Part shown: positions 1-10,200 of the stretch, piece by piece
Position numbering within the stretch: position 1 is the first letter of the stretch
Layout: each line of letters opens with the position of its first letter
Origin: Akkermansiaceae bacterium
GTDB taxonomy: Bacteria; Verrucomicrobiota; Verrucomicrobiia; Verrucomicrobiales; Akkermansiaceae
Direction: 5' to 3'
Assembly (NCBI GenBank): GCA_022424905.1
Contig: JAKMGP010000038.1
Location: forward strand, 704-64,703
Length of the DNA: 64,000 nucleotides
Position numbers and translations under genes: made by a program
The notes under the pieces: generated by a model
What the model was told of the DNA's origin: nothing
Databases searched by the model: none
The model's input: the letters and a program-made list of their open reading frames with translations, nothing else

Positions 1-72
1 GGCGGTAAGAACGATTCCGACAATGTTTACAGCTGGAATAAGAGCAAATAGGCTTATTTCATAAAAGTCTCC

Positions 73-110
73 AAAATCCGGTCGATCCCCTTGGGCGTCC
101 GGATTTTTTT
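73..110. terminator. Putative bidirectional intrinsic terminator hairpin
   Basis: Inverted repeat aaaatccgg (73-81) / ccggatttt (99-107), followed by a T-run to 110 on + and by ttttgg on -. It lies directly after the stop (109-111) of the minus-strand ORF. The GC core of the stem is short, so the terminator is weak. Confidence 0.4.
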
Positions 111-1374
111 ACATACAAGGGACCAGTATTCCATCCCGCATTCCGTGTATCTTTTTTTTATCCGCTGGAACAATCGTGGCTAGACAACCACCCAAGGAAT
201 TTTGTCCGTCCTGGCTTATGAAATAGTAAGGGCAAAGACGGACCCGCCCCACCATCATGAGAATTTCGCCGGTCTCGGGGCTAAAGTAAGGGTGCTCAAC
301 CAACTTTGTGTCCTGAAATTCCTGCATTACCCTAGGTTGTGAAGTGAATTCAGCCTGAGCTTCGCTGATCGCTTTTCTCCATCTCTCCAACGGTTCGTCA
401 TGCCCAATCATTACCCCACGTGAGCCCCACGCGAGATCGCTGAATCCGCTGATTTTCAGAACAAGGCGCCGATCTTTTTGGCTGAACTCCCCAACGTCGT
501 CCCACGAACTTACTTCAAGCCGAGGAATCGCGGCGTGAGGAGGAATCTCCGACGGATCAACGGCCCAGCCATAAGGAAGAAGTTTCTTCAATATCTGCAG
601 GTGACTTCCTCGCAGTTCTTTCTCCCAAATCTTACGAAGCGATGGGGCCCAGAAAAGGGCAAGCCATAATTTTTCCTCAAAGTGGGGTTTCAAGGGAGGA
701 GTAACCTTGCTACCTTCCGCCAAGGCTCGGATCGCAGGGATTGATTCCCAGTCAAATAACTCGAAAAAACGATAACTCTCACGTTCACCAGCTTCCCACT
801 TTTCTGCCTGATGGACCGTGAATTTCTCGCCCAGTTCCCCTGCAAGCCAATCCATTTCCGGCCGATAATCCTTTGATTCTTCTGAAACTAGAATCTCAGC
901 ACCATCCTCAAAAAGGGAAGCAAAGCCATCTAGCATTCCCCTTATCCCACCAAAAATCTCAAACCCTGCCGTAGCGTAAGTTTGACTCAGCCAAGCCAAG
1001 GTTCCGATACCACCAGGAACTCCATCCAATTCCGAAGCGGTAAAACCATCCTCTGTCAAAAGCAAATCGGGGCGAATCACCCTTGGGATTACATTACGCT
1101 GCTCGGTTGAGCGCTGATGGTGGATCATCCAGTCAGGTTTCCCGGCATCAAGTAACTTCGCAATCCACTCCGGGCGCCTTCCTTCAGAACTTAGCCGATA
1201 AAGCTCATCACTCACGCATTGAAAACGATGCAGAGGGTGGCCCAGACGCTTGAGCATTTTCTTTTGTTTTTTACTCAGCTGAAATGGCTCGGGCGACCAA
1301 ATCCATTCACGATTCGCGAAAAAACCCGCTTTTGGCGCGGAATTTTCCAGATCAGCGAGAGTCACGGTGGGCAT
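109..1374 (-). CDS. Conserved hypothetical protein, possibly ATP-grasp-like
   Basis: Uninterrupted 421-aa ORF. The segment LVLKISGFSDLAWGSRGVMIG resembles the K-x-x-G-S-x-G-x-GV nucleotide loop of ATP-grasp enzymes. I could not recognise the family with certainty. Confidence 0.5.
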   Translation of the reverse strand: MPTVTLADLENSAPKAGFFANREWIWSPEPFQLSKKQKKMLKRLGHPLHRFQCVSDELYRLSSEGRRPEWIAKLLDAGKPDWMIHHQRSTEQRNVIPRVIRPDLLLTEDGFTASELDGVPGGIGTLAWLSQTYATAGFEIFGGIRGMLDGFASLFEDGAEILVSEESKDYRPEMDWLAGELGEKFTVHQAEKWEAGERESYRFFELFDWESIPAIRALAEGSKVTPPLKPHFEEKLWLALFWAPSLRKIWEKELRGSHLQILKKLLPYGWAVDPSEIPPHAAIPRLEVSSWDDVGEFSQKDRRLVLKISGFSDLAWGSRGVMIGHDEPLERWRKAISEAQAEFTSQPRVMQEFQDTKLVEHPYFSPETGEILMMVGRVRLCPYYFISQDGQNSLGGCLATIVPADKKKIHGMRDGILVPCM

Positions 1375-1506
1375 CTGAGCGAAAATCTATCAAGTCATAG
1401 CAAGAGGGCAACCCCTTGAAAGCTCTTCCTTTTCTTGTTGTAGTTCACTACTAGGCAAATTTTCGATTGTCCTTGAGGAAATCCCGCGTATGCAAATCCA
1501 CGTCGC

Positions 1507-2943
1507 ATGTTTTTTCTCAATAAAATTTTCAAACTTCGGGATAAAGCTAATCCGGAGGAGGAAAAGCCCTTTCTTGATCATCTCGAGGATTTGAGGATTA
1601 TGGTCACGAGAGTTGTTCTCACTCTTCTTATATCGACCTTGGCCTGTTTTGTTTATAAAGATGAACTTATGTCGGTGATTCGGCGCCCAGTAGAGCAGGT
1701 CTGGGTAGAACGACATGAGGCCACCCTTCCCGAAAAGGAAGAAATTTCTCTCGACGATTGGGAGAACGCTCTCACTTTCGCGGAAGTCTCAGCCCCCCTT
1801 GGCCAATACGATTCAGAACTTGCCGATCGTTGGTGGGAAAGGGCAACAGATAAGCGGACCCGCCGGCTTACCGAAGCCGCTATCCTTTACCGGGCATCCC
1901 TTAAGCTCCCAGACGATGCTCGGGAAGATTTTATTGGTTCAATCTCGGATGATAAAAGCGAAGCACGAGAGCTCGCTCTCAAGCTCCTAGTCAGCAAACC
2001 CGCGGACAATTTGAACGCGGAAGGGAATCTTCGGCTCATGAGCTCGCTCAAGCCGACCGAAACATTTATGCTTACGATGAAACTCGCTTTCTTCGCTGGC
2101 ATTGTCGTCTCTTTTCCTTTTCTCCTCTATTTCCTCCTCCAATTTATCGTCCCGGGCCTAAAGGACGAGGAACGTAAGGCTCTGTGGCCAGCTCTTCTCA
2201 TTGGCTTTGGACTCTTTCTTGGAGGTGTTCTTTTCGCTTACTTCTTTGTGTTACCAAATGTTCTCACCTTCTTTTACGAATGGGGTAAGAGCATGGGGAT
2301 CTCTAATGATTGGCGCATCGGCTACTACATCTCTTTTGCCACCACTTTCGTCCTAATCTTCGGCCTCGCATTTGAACTCCCAGTAGTCGTTATGACTTTG
2401 GTCAAGATTGGCCTGCTCAGTCACAGCATGATGCGTGAAACCCGATCTTACGCGATCCTCGCCATCTTTGTGATCGCAGCCTTGATCACCCCAACCCCAG
2501 ACATGATGACCCTGTCGCTCCTGGCGGTTCCAATGGTCATCCTATACGAAATTTGTATTTGGCTTTCTTACTTCCATGAGAAAAAAGTTCAAAAGCTCGA
2601 AGAGGAGGAGGAAAAAGAACGAATGGCGCACCTTCTTTCGTCTTCCGATGATGATCCTGATTTAGACCCTGACCCGGATCACGATCCATATCATCATGAC
2701 GAATACCATGATGACGAATACCATGATGACCATGATCCAAACTATCATCCTGACCACGAAAACATGGATCTAGCTGGAGAAAATGGGGTTAAAGACGTGG
2801 GTGACAACTATATGGATTACCCGGGCGAGCATCAGACTCCAGAGGGAGACCCTAACCGCGAGTCTCTCCCTGAGGACGATCCTGATTACGACCCGCTCCT
2901 TCCTGATGAGGATCTTCCAGATGAGGAAAAAGACCGCAAGTGA
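1507..2943 (+). CDS. tatC: Twin-arginine translocase subunit TatC with extended first periplasmic loop and acidic His-rich C-terminal tail
   Basis: N-terminal PFLDHLEDLR motif typical of TatC, followed by a TM helix. Five further TM segments lie between about aa 195 and 355 (FPFLLYFLLQFIVPGL, LPNVLTFF etc). The 120-aa tail is rich in D/E/H/P. Confidence 0.85.
   Translation: MFFLNKIFKLRDKANPEEEKPFLDHLEDLRIMVTRVVLTLLISTLACFVYKDELMSVIRRPVEQVWVERHEATLPEKEEISLDDWENALTFAEVSAPLGQYDSELADRWWERATDKRTRRLTEAAILYRASLKLPDDAREDFIGSISDDKSEARELALKLLVSKPADNLNAEGNLRLMSSLKPTETFMLTMKLAFFAGIVVSFPFLLYFLLQFIVPGLKDEERKALWPALLIGFGLFLGGVLFAYFFVLPNVLTFFYEWGKSMGISNDWRIGYYISFATTFVLIFGLAFELPVVVMTLVKIGLLSHSMMRETRSYAILAIFVIAALITPTPDMMTLSLLAVPMVILYEICIWLSYFHEKKVQKLEEEEEKERMAHLLSSSDDDPDLDPDPDHDPYHHDEYHDDEYHDDHDPNYHPDHENMDLAGENGVKDVGDNYMDYPGEHQTPEGDPNRESLPEDDPDYDPLLPDEDLPDEEKDRK
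2692..2736 (+). repeat. In-frame 15-bp tandem repeat (cat[c/g]atgacgaatac x2 plus a partial third copy) encoding HHDEY-HDDEY-HDDHD
   Basis: Read directly: catcatgacgaatac / catgatgacgaatac / catgatgaccatgat, inside the tatC tail. Confidence 0.7.
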
Positions 2944-2982
2944 TTCTGGTAAAGCCATCCTTGATCGCCTAGTTATAGCAGC

Positions 2983-3858
2983 ATGCAATCAATGACCGGA
3001 TTCGGTCGTGGTGAACACGCGGATGATGGACTCATCGCCCGGGTTGAAATCGCGACTGTCAACCGTAAGCAGGCTGACATCCATTTCAACCTTCCACGCG
3101 AACTCACGGGCCTGGAGGCTGATCTTCGCAAATTGGTCCTGCGGTTTATTTCCCGTGGCAGAGCGAATGTTTCAATTCATCTCGAGCGGATCTCTGGCTC
3201 CGACGATTCGTTCAGCGTCGATTCTGATCGAGTTAGAGCTCTCGAGACGGCTTTCAATGAAATCTCGGATCTTATTGGTCGCCGAGTCCAGCTGGGGGCA
3301 GCCGACTTTATAAAAGCTCCGGGGGTCTTAACTTTCGCCCACTCCGGCTGGGATGTTGCAGAGGCCAAAAAAGCGATCGGCCCGGCCCTCGAGGCCTCTT
3401 TGGTGAATTTGGTTAAGATGCGGAAGGCGGAAGGAGCTGATCTTAAAGTAGATTTTCTCCAGCGGCTCACCTCTCTCGAGACACACACCGAAATTATCAG
3501 CAAGGCCACGCCTAAGGTTGTTCAACGCCAACGTGAGCTCCTACACAATCGCTTGCGAGAAGCTGAGATTGATGTCGACCCCAATGACGAACGCCTCCTA
3601 AAGGAAGTCGCCCTCTTTGCTGACCGATCCGATATTTCTGAGGAAACAACCAGGCTCTCATCTCACATCAATCGTTTCCGCGAGTATCTCAATTCCGACG
3701 AACCGGTTGGTCGATCACTTGACTTCCTGTGCCAAGAAATTAACCGGGAGTTCAACACGATCGGTTCAAAAGCAAATGATGCTGGCATTGGTCAGAGTGT
3801 TGTGGACGCAAAAACTGAACTCGAGAAAATACGGGAACAGGTTCAGAATATCGAATGA
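2983..3858 (+). CDS. yicC: YicC family stress-induced protein (UPF0701)
   Basis: Starts MQSMTGFGRG and ends with DFLCQEINREFNTIGSKAND...ELEKIREQVQNIE. Both are hallmark YicC_N / DUF1732 motifs. Confidence 0.9.
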   Translation: MQSMTGFGRGEHADDGLIARVEIATVNRKQADIHFNLPRELTGLEADLRKLVLRFISRGRANVSIHLERISGSDDSFSVDSDRVRALETAFNEISDLIGRRVQLGAADFIKAPGVLTFAHSGWDVAEAKKAIGPALEASLVNLVKMRKAEGADLKVDFLQRLTSLETHTEIISKATPKVVQRQRELLHNRLREAEIDVDPNDERLLKEVALFADRSDISEETTRLSSHINRFREYLNSDEPVGRSLDFLCQEINREFNTIGSKANDAGIGQSVVDAKTELEKIREQVQNIE

Positions 3859-3999
3859 TAGGTAGAATAACACCGATCCTTTCTTCATTCTCTCCTTTTC
3901 TGAAAATAGCTGACCAACCACCTCAGATTCAGCGAAAACTCCACCCGAAGCACGATAGCTCGTGGCCCAGGATAGGAACCTTCTCCAGGATATCGTGAA

Positions 4000-5175
4000 C
4001 TAGGTCTCGATCGTTATATATTTATATTTGCTGCGGTGCACCCAAACACTTTGCACTAAGCCCAATAGAAACATACAGATTACCACAAAGGTGCCGGAGT
4101 AACTCACTAAGGGCAGAGGAATCCCCGTAATAGGTGTAAGCAAGACACACATTCCAATGCTCTCGAACATATGCGCAAAAAAGAGACCTACAACTCCGCC
4201 TACAATAATCCTCCCCGCCAAATCACGACTGTAAAAAGCAATGAAGAGACATTGAATAAGAAGGAGAGCAAATGATGTAATCAATAACAGAGCTCCCCGG
4301 AACCCCTGCTCCTCAGCAATAACAGCGAAAATGAAGTCGTTGTGAGCCGTCGTCCAAGGAATCAGTTTTTTTGCGTGAAGTGATTGCTGCTCCTCCGTAG
4401 CTCCAAATCCCGTCCCTTTCCATCCAGCTTTACCTACCGCAGTCGAGACCCAGTAAGCGGCATAGGTTTTATCAGTATTTTCCACCACCCCTGTTTCGAG
4501 CGATTCCAGATAGGTTTCCACTCGCTCCGTCCCCCGCTCTGACGCGGTCGGCATGACCGCATAGTAGGCGATAGGAGCCATCCCAATCGCAATAGCGGCT
4601 AGAAAGATCAAATACCGCCATGGTATGCCACTAACGAGCATTATGACTACTGCAACCGGAAGCCATACGAGGGCAGACCCCATATCTCCCAATTTGACGA
4701 CAAGAAGGAAAGGAATTCCAGTGAGACTACCAATGAGAAGAACCCTAAAAAAGGGTTCACCGAAAAATCGATGTATTTTAGGCAAATCTTGGGCTAAAGT
4801 TGCGATAACCAGAATTCCGGCTGCGATCGCGCTTTGGGCAGGCTGGAAAGTTATTGGACCCATACTCAAGCGGTGAGAAACATCATTGGCGTCCATCGCT
4901 TTAACCGTAAGCGCCAGCCCGACTGCATAAATCGGAACCCCCAACCAGCGAACCCAGCGATAATCGACTAGTGATACACCAAAATAAACGAGTGTCCCTA
5001 GACCGATCCAAAATTTCTGACGTCCTGCAAAAAACTCGCCACCCGAGGTGCCGCTAGGCCCAGGCAAGTGACGTGCAGCGCTCTCTATCGCAAAGATCCC
5101 AAAGACCAAGAGCCCGTACATTGTAAGCACGAGGACCCAGTTCATTCCAAGAATTTTCCGGAAAAGAGGTGTCAT
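4000..5175 (-). CDS. rodA: SEDS family peptidoglycan glycosyltransferase (RodA/FtsW)
   Basis: Polytopic membrane protein with the motifs GSALVWLPVA, HNDFIFAVIAEEQGF and PITGIPLPLVSYSGT. It is not in a dcw-like context, so RodA is preferred, but RodA versus FtsW is not resolved. Confidence 0.75.
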   Translation of the reverse strand: MTPLFRKILGMNWVLVLTMYGLLVFGIFAIESAARHLPGPSGTSGGEFFAGRQKFWIGLGTLVYFGVSLVDYRWVRWLGVPIYAVGLALTVKAMDANDVSHRLSMGPITFQPAQSAIAAGILVIATLAQDLPKIHRFFGEPFFRVLLIGSLTGIPFLLVVKLGDMGSALVWLPVAVVIMLVSGIPWRYLIFLAAIAIGMAPIAYYAVMPTASERGTERVETYLESLETGVVENTDKTYAAYWVSTAVGKAGWKGTGFGATEEQQSLHAKKLIPWTTAHNDFIFAVIAEEQGFRGALLLITSFALLLIQCLFIAFYSRDLAGRIIVGGVVGLFFAHMFESIGMCVLLTPITGIPLPLVSYSGTFVVICMFLLGLVQSVWVHRSKYKYITIET

Positions 5176-5376
5176 AGTGAGTTCGAGGAAGATCTTACTC
5201 AGTTCCCCATTCCGATAACACTCAAAAACACTGCCCCTCTGCGGATTGCTGCGGAAAACTGCCCTGAAACTTGGATTGCCCGATAATCAGAATCGACCTC
5301 AATCGACTCACAGCCAAACTTACGAGGACAATCAGGACGCTAGATAAACAGAAAGTCAAACTTTAGAAAGAGGTCT

Positions 5377-6453
5377 TCAAATCTTTTGAAGGTAGTCGGG
5401 AACGTCCTGTTTTTGGCTCGATGGCGGTGCCGTCGCCGAAACAAAAGAAAGAACACCTCCTACACCGGCCCCATGGGGAGCATCCAGCAATCCCGAACCC
5501 TCAGCAATCGGAAAGACGTAAGTTTTACGTCTACTTATGATCCGATAGACTCGAAGGCCAATGAGACAAGCGGGAACTAAGATGGAAACCCCAATCAGCG
5601 TATTCGAAACCCATTGGTTCGAGACAAGTTTATCCCAAAGGTTTAGCTGATTTGGTAGCGGCCTTTTTTCTTCGTCCATAACGAAGGTTTGCCCCCCTAT
5701 AAGCGAACCGCCCTCCTTGCTCACAATCTCCTCAAGCCTCTCGAGACCCACCGAAAGCTGAATTGAAAAACTCTCCAGCTGTGAACCCAGATCAGATTTT
5801 TCTAGAGCATCTTCAATTGCGACGCGAAGGACCCTTTCCCGTTCCTCTAATCTCACGACATCTACTACCCTATTGGAGAAAACAAGCTGGGAACGTCCTG
5901 GATTTCCCATAAAATAGAAAACAACTGCTAACGGATTGTTTCCTTCAAAATGAGATTCCACGAGCGCTTCAAGACTCTCCTCTTGCGGGATTTCTTGTAA
6001 GCCATCAAAGATGTAAAAGTGACAATCAATAATAAAGTCTCTTGCATGACGATTGAGGAAGGTCTCCCTGTCTCGAAATTCCTGGGTCGGGAGCAGCTCC
6101 TGGGGGTCAATCAAATACCCAGCTTCCGCACCCCTAAAATAGGCCGGGAAATATTCTTCTCCGATTGCCTTTGACCATTCCAAGGACTTTGGCGCTTCCT
6201 CCGGGAGCCCTTGAATCTCCGGATCTAATACGATCACTTCCTGGGTTTCTGAATCGAGAATTTCACGCGCGAGTTTTCCCATCAAACTTGAGCCAGGAAT
6301 ATATTCTCCTGACTCCAATGCTTCTAGCTCCTGATCATCCCACTCTGGGAGTCCGTCGGAACCGTCCCCTTTTACGAGAGAGTCCTTTGGTGAGGATTGA
6401 GCGCAAAGTGAGGGAAGCATACTCGCTAAAATGAAAGAGAATACCTTGGTCAT
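5377..6453 (-). CDS. Secreted, C-terminally membrane-anchored protein, TPM-like domain
   Basis: N-terminal signal-like segment (MTKVFSFILASMLPSLCA). The central region resembles a TPM domain (FLNRHARDF.., NPLAVVFYFMGNPGRSQLVFSNRV). C-terminal TM helix (TLIGVSILVPACLIGL). There is a 4-bp overlap with the upstream gene. Confidence 0.5.
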   Translation of the reverse strand: MTKVFSFILASMLPSLCAQSSPKDSLVKGDGSDGLPEWDDQELEALESGEYIPGSSLMGKLAREILDSETQEVIVLDPEIQGLPEEAPKSLEWSKAIGEEYFPAYFRGAEAGYLIDPQELLPTQEFRDRETFLNRHARDFIIDCHFYIFDGLQEIPQEESLEALVESHFEGNNPLAVVFYFMGNPGRSQLVFSNRVVDVVRLEERERVLRVAIEDALEKSDLGSQLESFSIQLSVGLERLEEIVSKEGGSLIGGQTFVMDEEKRPLPNQLNLWDKLVSNQWVSNTLIGVSILVPACLIGLRVYRIISRRKTYVFPIAEGSGLLDAPHGAGVGGVLSFVSATAPPSSQKQDVPDYLQKI

Positions 6454-7103
6454 GCCTCGACCTCTCCTTTCTTTTCGCCAAGCATCTCGGAGGTATCGGT
6501 TGTTTCTTGTCCAGAATCACTCTCTTTAAGAGTTTGCCCCCCTCTACCTAATACCTGAATGGGGTTCTTTCTTACCCGCCGCCAACCCTTAATCAGAGGT
6601 GCTTCCAGTTTTTCAATTACCGCTTTCAGGGCCTTTAAATAATCCCCCTGCAGAAAAAAAGGATGTCCCGCAGACAGAGCGTCAAAGGTCGAATTTTCGT
6701 CAAGATAGGGCATTAGTGCATACCCAAAGGTAATGGATGCACTTTTAGCATTTACGTCTACCAGAATCAAAATCCCGGTTGAATTAGGTCGTTGAGGATC
6801 AACATCAACGTAATGGGTCCGATTTAGCATCCAAAACCCATACTGCCGCAGACTGTTTAGATCCTCAAAGGCTCCCAAATAAACCGAAACAAAAAGCTGG
6901 GGAAATTTGGTTTCAAAGTCCTCTAACACCTTCCGCATAGGCTCGCGGTCCTTCATTCGGAAAACTCCAGCGACATCAGAAAACTTCTTAAGCTTTATAT
7001 CTTGAGCGCCAAAAACCTCATCCGCGTGCACCATCGCAAAACCACAATGAGGACATGAGGACGCCTCTAAGTGAATCTTCTGAACACAGCGTGGACACTT
7101 CAT
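6450..7103 (-). CDS. Zinc-ribbon plus TPM-domain protein
   Basis: N-terminal CPRC..x12..CPHC zinc ribbon. A TPM-like core follows (SDVAGVF...QLFVSVYLGAFE...GILILVDVNAKSASITFGYALMPYLDE). Confidence 0.6.
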   Translation of the reverse strand: MKCPRCVQKIHLEASSCPHCGFAMVHADEVFGAQDIKLKKFSDVAGVFRMKDREPMRKVLEDFETKFPQLFVSVYLGAFEDLNSLRQYGFWMLNRTHYVDVDPQRPNSTGILILVDVNAKSASITFGYALMPYLDENSTFDALSAGHPFFLQGDYLKALKAVIEKLEAPLIKGWRRVRKNPIQVLGRGGQTLKESDSGQETTDTSEMLGEKKGEVEA

Positions 7104-7247
7104 AAAACCTGACTGAATTCAGGTAAAAGGAAACGAATCACTACACCAAGCATAATTAGAAATTTTAGTAAGTTTGCTGCCGAATTTTATTCATCAGTCA
7201 TTTTTATGATCAAAATTCAGATTACACCGTTTAATCAAGATTACCTC

Positions 7248-10200
7248 ATGCACCGGCTTCTGGTTCTCGTTCTCCTTACTTCCCCAGCGTTTGCCAAGAT
7301 AGATTTCGCAACGGAAATACAACCCATTCTCTCAAATAATTGCTTCGCCTGCCACGGCCCTGATGAAGACAGTGTAAAAGGAGGTCTAAGGCTCGACAAA
7401 CTCGACTTGGCTCTAAAAGGAGGAGATTCAGGTGACGCTATTGTTCCCGGCAAACCCGAGAATTCCCTCATTATCACCCGCCTCAGTCTTTCCCACGACG
7501 ACGACAACCACATGCCCCCTCTTGATAAGAAGGACCCGCTAACGACAAGTCAAAAAGAACTCTTACAAAAGTGGATCGAAGAAGGGGCTCGATGGGGACA
7601 GCATTGGGCTTTCATTCCTCCAAAGCGACCAAAGGCACCAAAGATAAAAAACCCCGTCTGGATCAAGAACGACATTGATCGTTTCGTTCTCGCTCGACTT
7701 GAAGCAGAGGGTCTCCGTCCATCCAAGCCTGCCAATCCACGAACTCTTCTCCGCAGACTTCACCTCGATGTGACTGGCCTCCCGCCTTCTCTTGCTGCGC
7801 TTCGAGATTTTCAACTTTCGAACCTCGGTTCCCAAATCGAATCTCTCCTTGCTTCACCTCACTATGGAGAGAAATGGGGCCGAGAGTGGCTAGACGTTGC
7901 CCGCTACGCCGACTCTTCGGGCTATGAAAAGGACTTGCCGCGAGAGATGCACTTCTACCGCGACTGGGTTGTCAAAGCGGTTAATAATGACATGGCGTAT
8001 AATGACTTCATCATTAAACAAATCGCTGGCGACCTCCTTCCAAATCCAACTCAGGATGATCGCATTGCAACTGGATATCTCAGGAATTCCATGACCAACG
8101 AAGAAGGTGGGGCCAAGCCCGAGCAATTTCGAGTTGAAGGCATCTTTGATCGCGTTGACGCCGTGGGCAAAGGAATCCTTGGTATTACCACCCAATGTGC
8201 CCAGTGCCACACCCACAAATACGATCCCCTAACCCACGATGAACACTTCGGAATATTTGCCTACCTGAATTCAATTCGCGAAACCTCGATCCCTGCTTAC
8301 TCCGCAGAAGAAGAAACGCGAATCAATCACATCAAAAAAGGAATCACCACTATTGAAAACCGTCTCAAGGCAGAGAATTCAGATTGGCAAGAATTGTATG
8401 AAACTTGGCAAGATTCAATCCTCACCCCGCCTCTTACACCCTGGACAATTCAAAAGATCACGCAATATGGCGATGACGGGCAAAAATACCAGAATCTCGC
8501 TGACGATTCCCTCATCAATCAGGGTTACGCCGCCACTATGATGACAGCGCCTTTCCAACATGAATCTAGCACAATAGAAACAATCCATTCGGTCCGACTA
8601 GAACTCCTTAACGATCCCTACCTATCCCTCAATGGCCCCGGCCGTTCAATGGCTGGAACGGCCGCTCTCTCCGAATACCTTCTTCACGTCAACGGAAAGA
8701 GCGTAAAGTTCAAATCAGCGAAAGCATCCGTCAATCCACTCGAAGCTAAGATAGACTCCAGACGCTATCCGTTGAACGCTCAGCGCAGCTCCGATGACCG
8801 CACCACTGGGGGCGCTCAATTCGCGATTGACGGAAACAACAAAACAGCTTGGACAACGGACCAAGGTCCTGGCCGATCGAATGATCCACAAGTGATCGTC
8901 ATGGAGTTAGAGCGTCCAATAACCAAAGCAGGGAATCATGACCTCAAAACCTTCCTCGTCCAACGTCACGGCGGCTTCAATTCGGACGACAACCAAAACT
9001 TCAACATCGGAAGATTCCGGCTCTCTTTTTCCAGTCAATCGCCCACGGAATTAGATACGCTTCCGCCACTTGTGCGAGGGGCGATACTACTTAAAAAGCG
9101 GACCCTTGAACAAGAAGCCCTTGTCTTTCGTTACTGGCGATCAACTGCCTCCCAATTTTCCGCTTATAACGAACAAATCGAGAAACTCTGGAAACAACAC
9201 CCAACCCCTGCTGTTGCCCTCGTTGCTAAAGTTGTCGAGAAGCCTCGTATTACAAGGCTCTTTGAGCGTGGCGAACAGACAAAGCCACAACACGAAATCA
9301 AACCATTCACTCCCGCCTTTTTAAACCCTCTCCCCAACGGGGATCCTGCGTCCCGCCTCACCTTCGCCAAGTGGCTTGTGGCTGACGATTCCCCGACCGC
9401 CGCCCGAACTCTGGTCAATCGGATCTGGCAATCCTACTTCGGCATTGGCCTTGTCGAAACACCTGAAGACCTAGGCCTCCAAAGCCCACGCCCTTCGCAT
9501 CCCAAGCTCTTGGACTGGCTTGCTGTCGAGTTGATGGAAAATGATTGGAGTATGAAACACATTCATCGCCTCATTTTAAGGAGTGCCACTTACCAGCAAG
9601 ACTCGGCGCACATCTCTTTTCTTAAAGAAAAAGATCCCAATAATCGTCTTCTTGCTAGGGGGGCACGGATTCGGGTTCCGGCCGAAATTTTACGCGATAT
9701 TCAACTCTCCACTAGCGGACTCATTAACCTTGAGCTCGGCGGGCGCTGCGTCTTCCCTCCTGCTCCCGAATTCCTTTTTCAAAAACCAGTTTCCTATGGG
9801 CCTAAAACTTGGAATGTTGAAAGCGATTCCCAGCGTTACCGCCGGGCTCTTTACACCTTCCGTTTCCGGAGCGTCCCTTACCCGATGCTTGCAGTCTTCG
9901 ATGGAACTTCCGGAGACGCATCCTGTGTTCGTCGCACCACCTCTACAACTCCACTACAAGCCCTGACAACCTTGAATGAACCCATGTCGGTGGAAGCGGC
10001 CATTGCACTAGGTGACCGAATCCTAAGAACATCCATTAGCGATGCCTTCGAACACTGTACTTCCAGACCACCAAAAGTCGCTGAACTCAGAGTGCTTAAT
10101 AAACTCTTCGAAATACAAAAGACTGCCTTTACCCGTGAGTCGGCTCAAAAGTTGATCACCACCTACAAGCCCCTCACGCTGGATCCTACCATACATGAGC

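Noticed and set aside
1-61. A possible 3' end of an upstream plus-strand gene (frame 1 stops at 49-51, frame 2 at 59-61).
   Set aside because: Two frames are open and the fragment is under 20 codons, so I cannot decide the frame or whether it is coding at all.
1390-1716. A 108-aa minus-strand ORF overlapping the tatC start.
   Set aside because: It overlaps the conserved TatC N-terminus on the opposite strand. It has no motifs and lies within a divergent promoter region.
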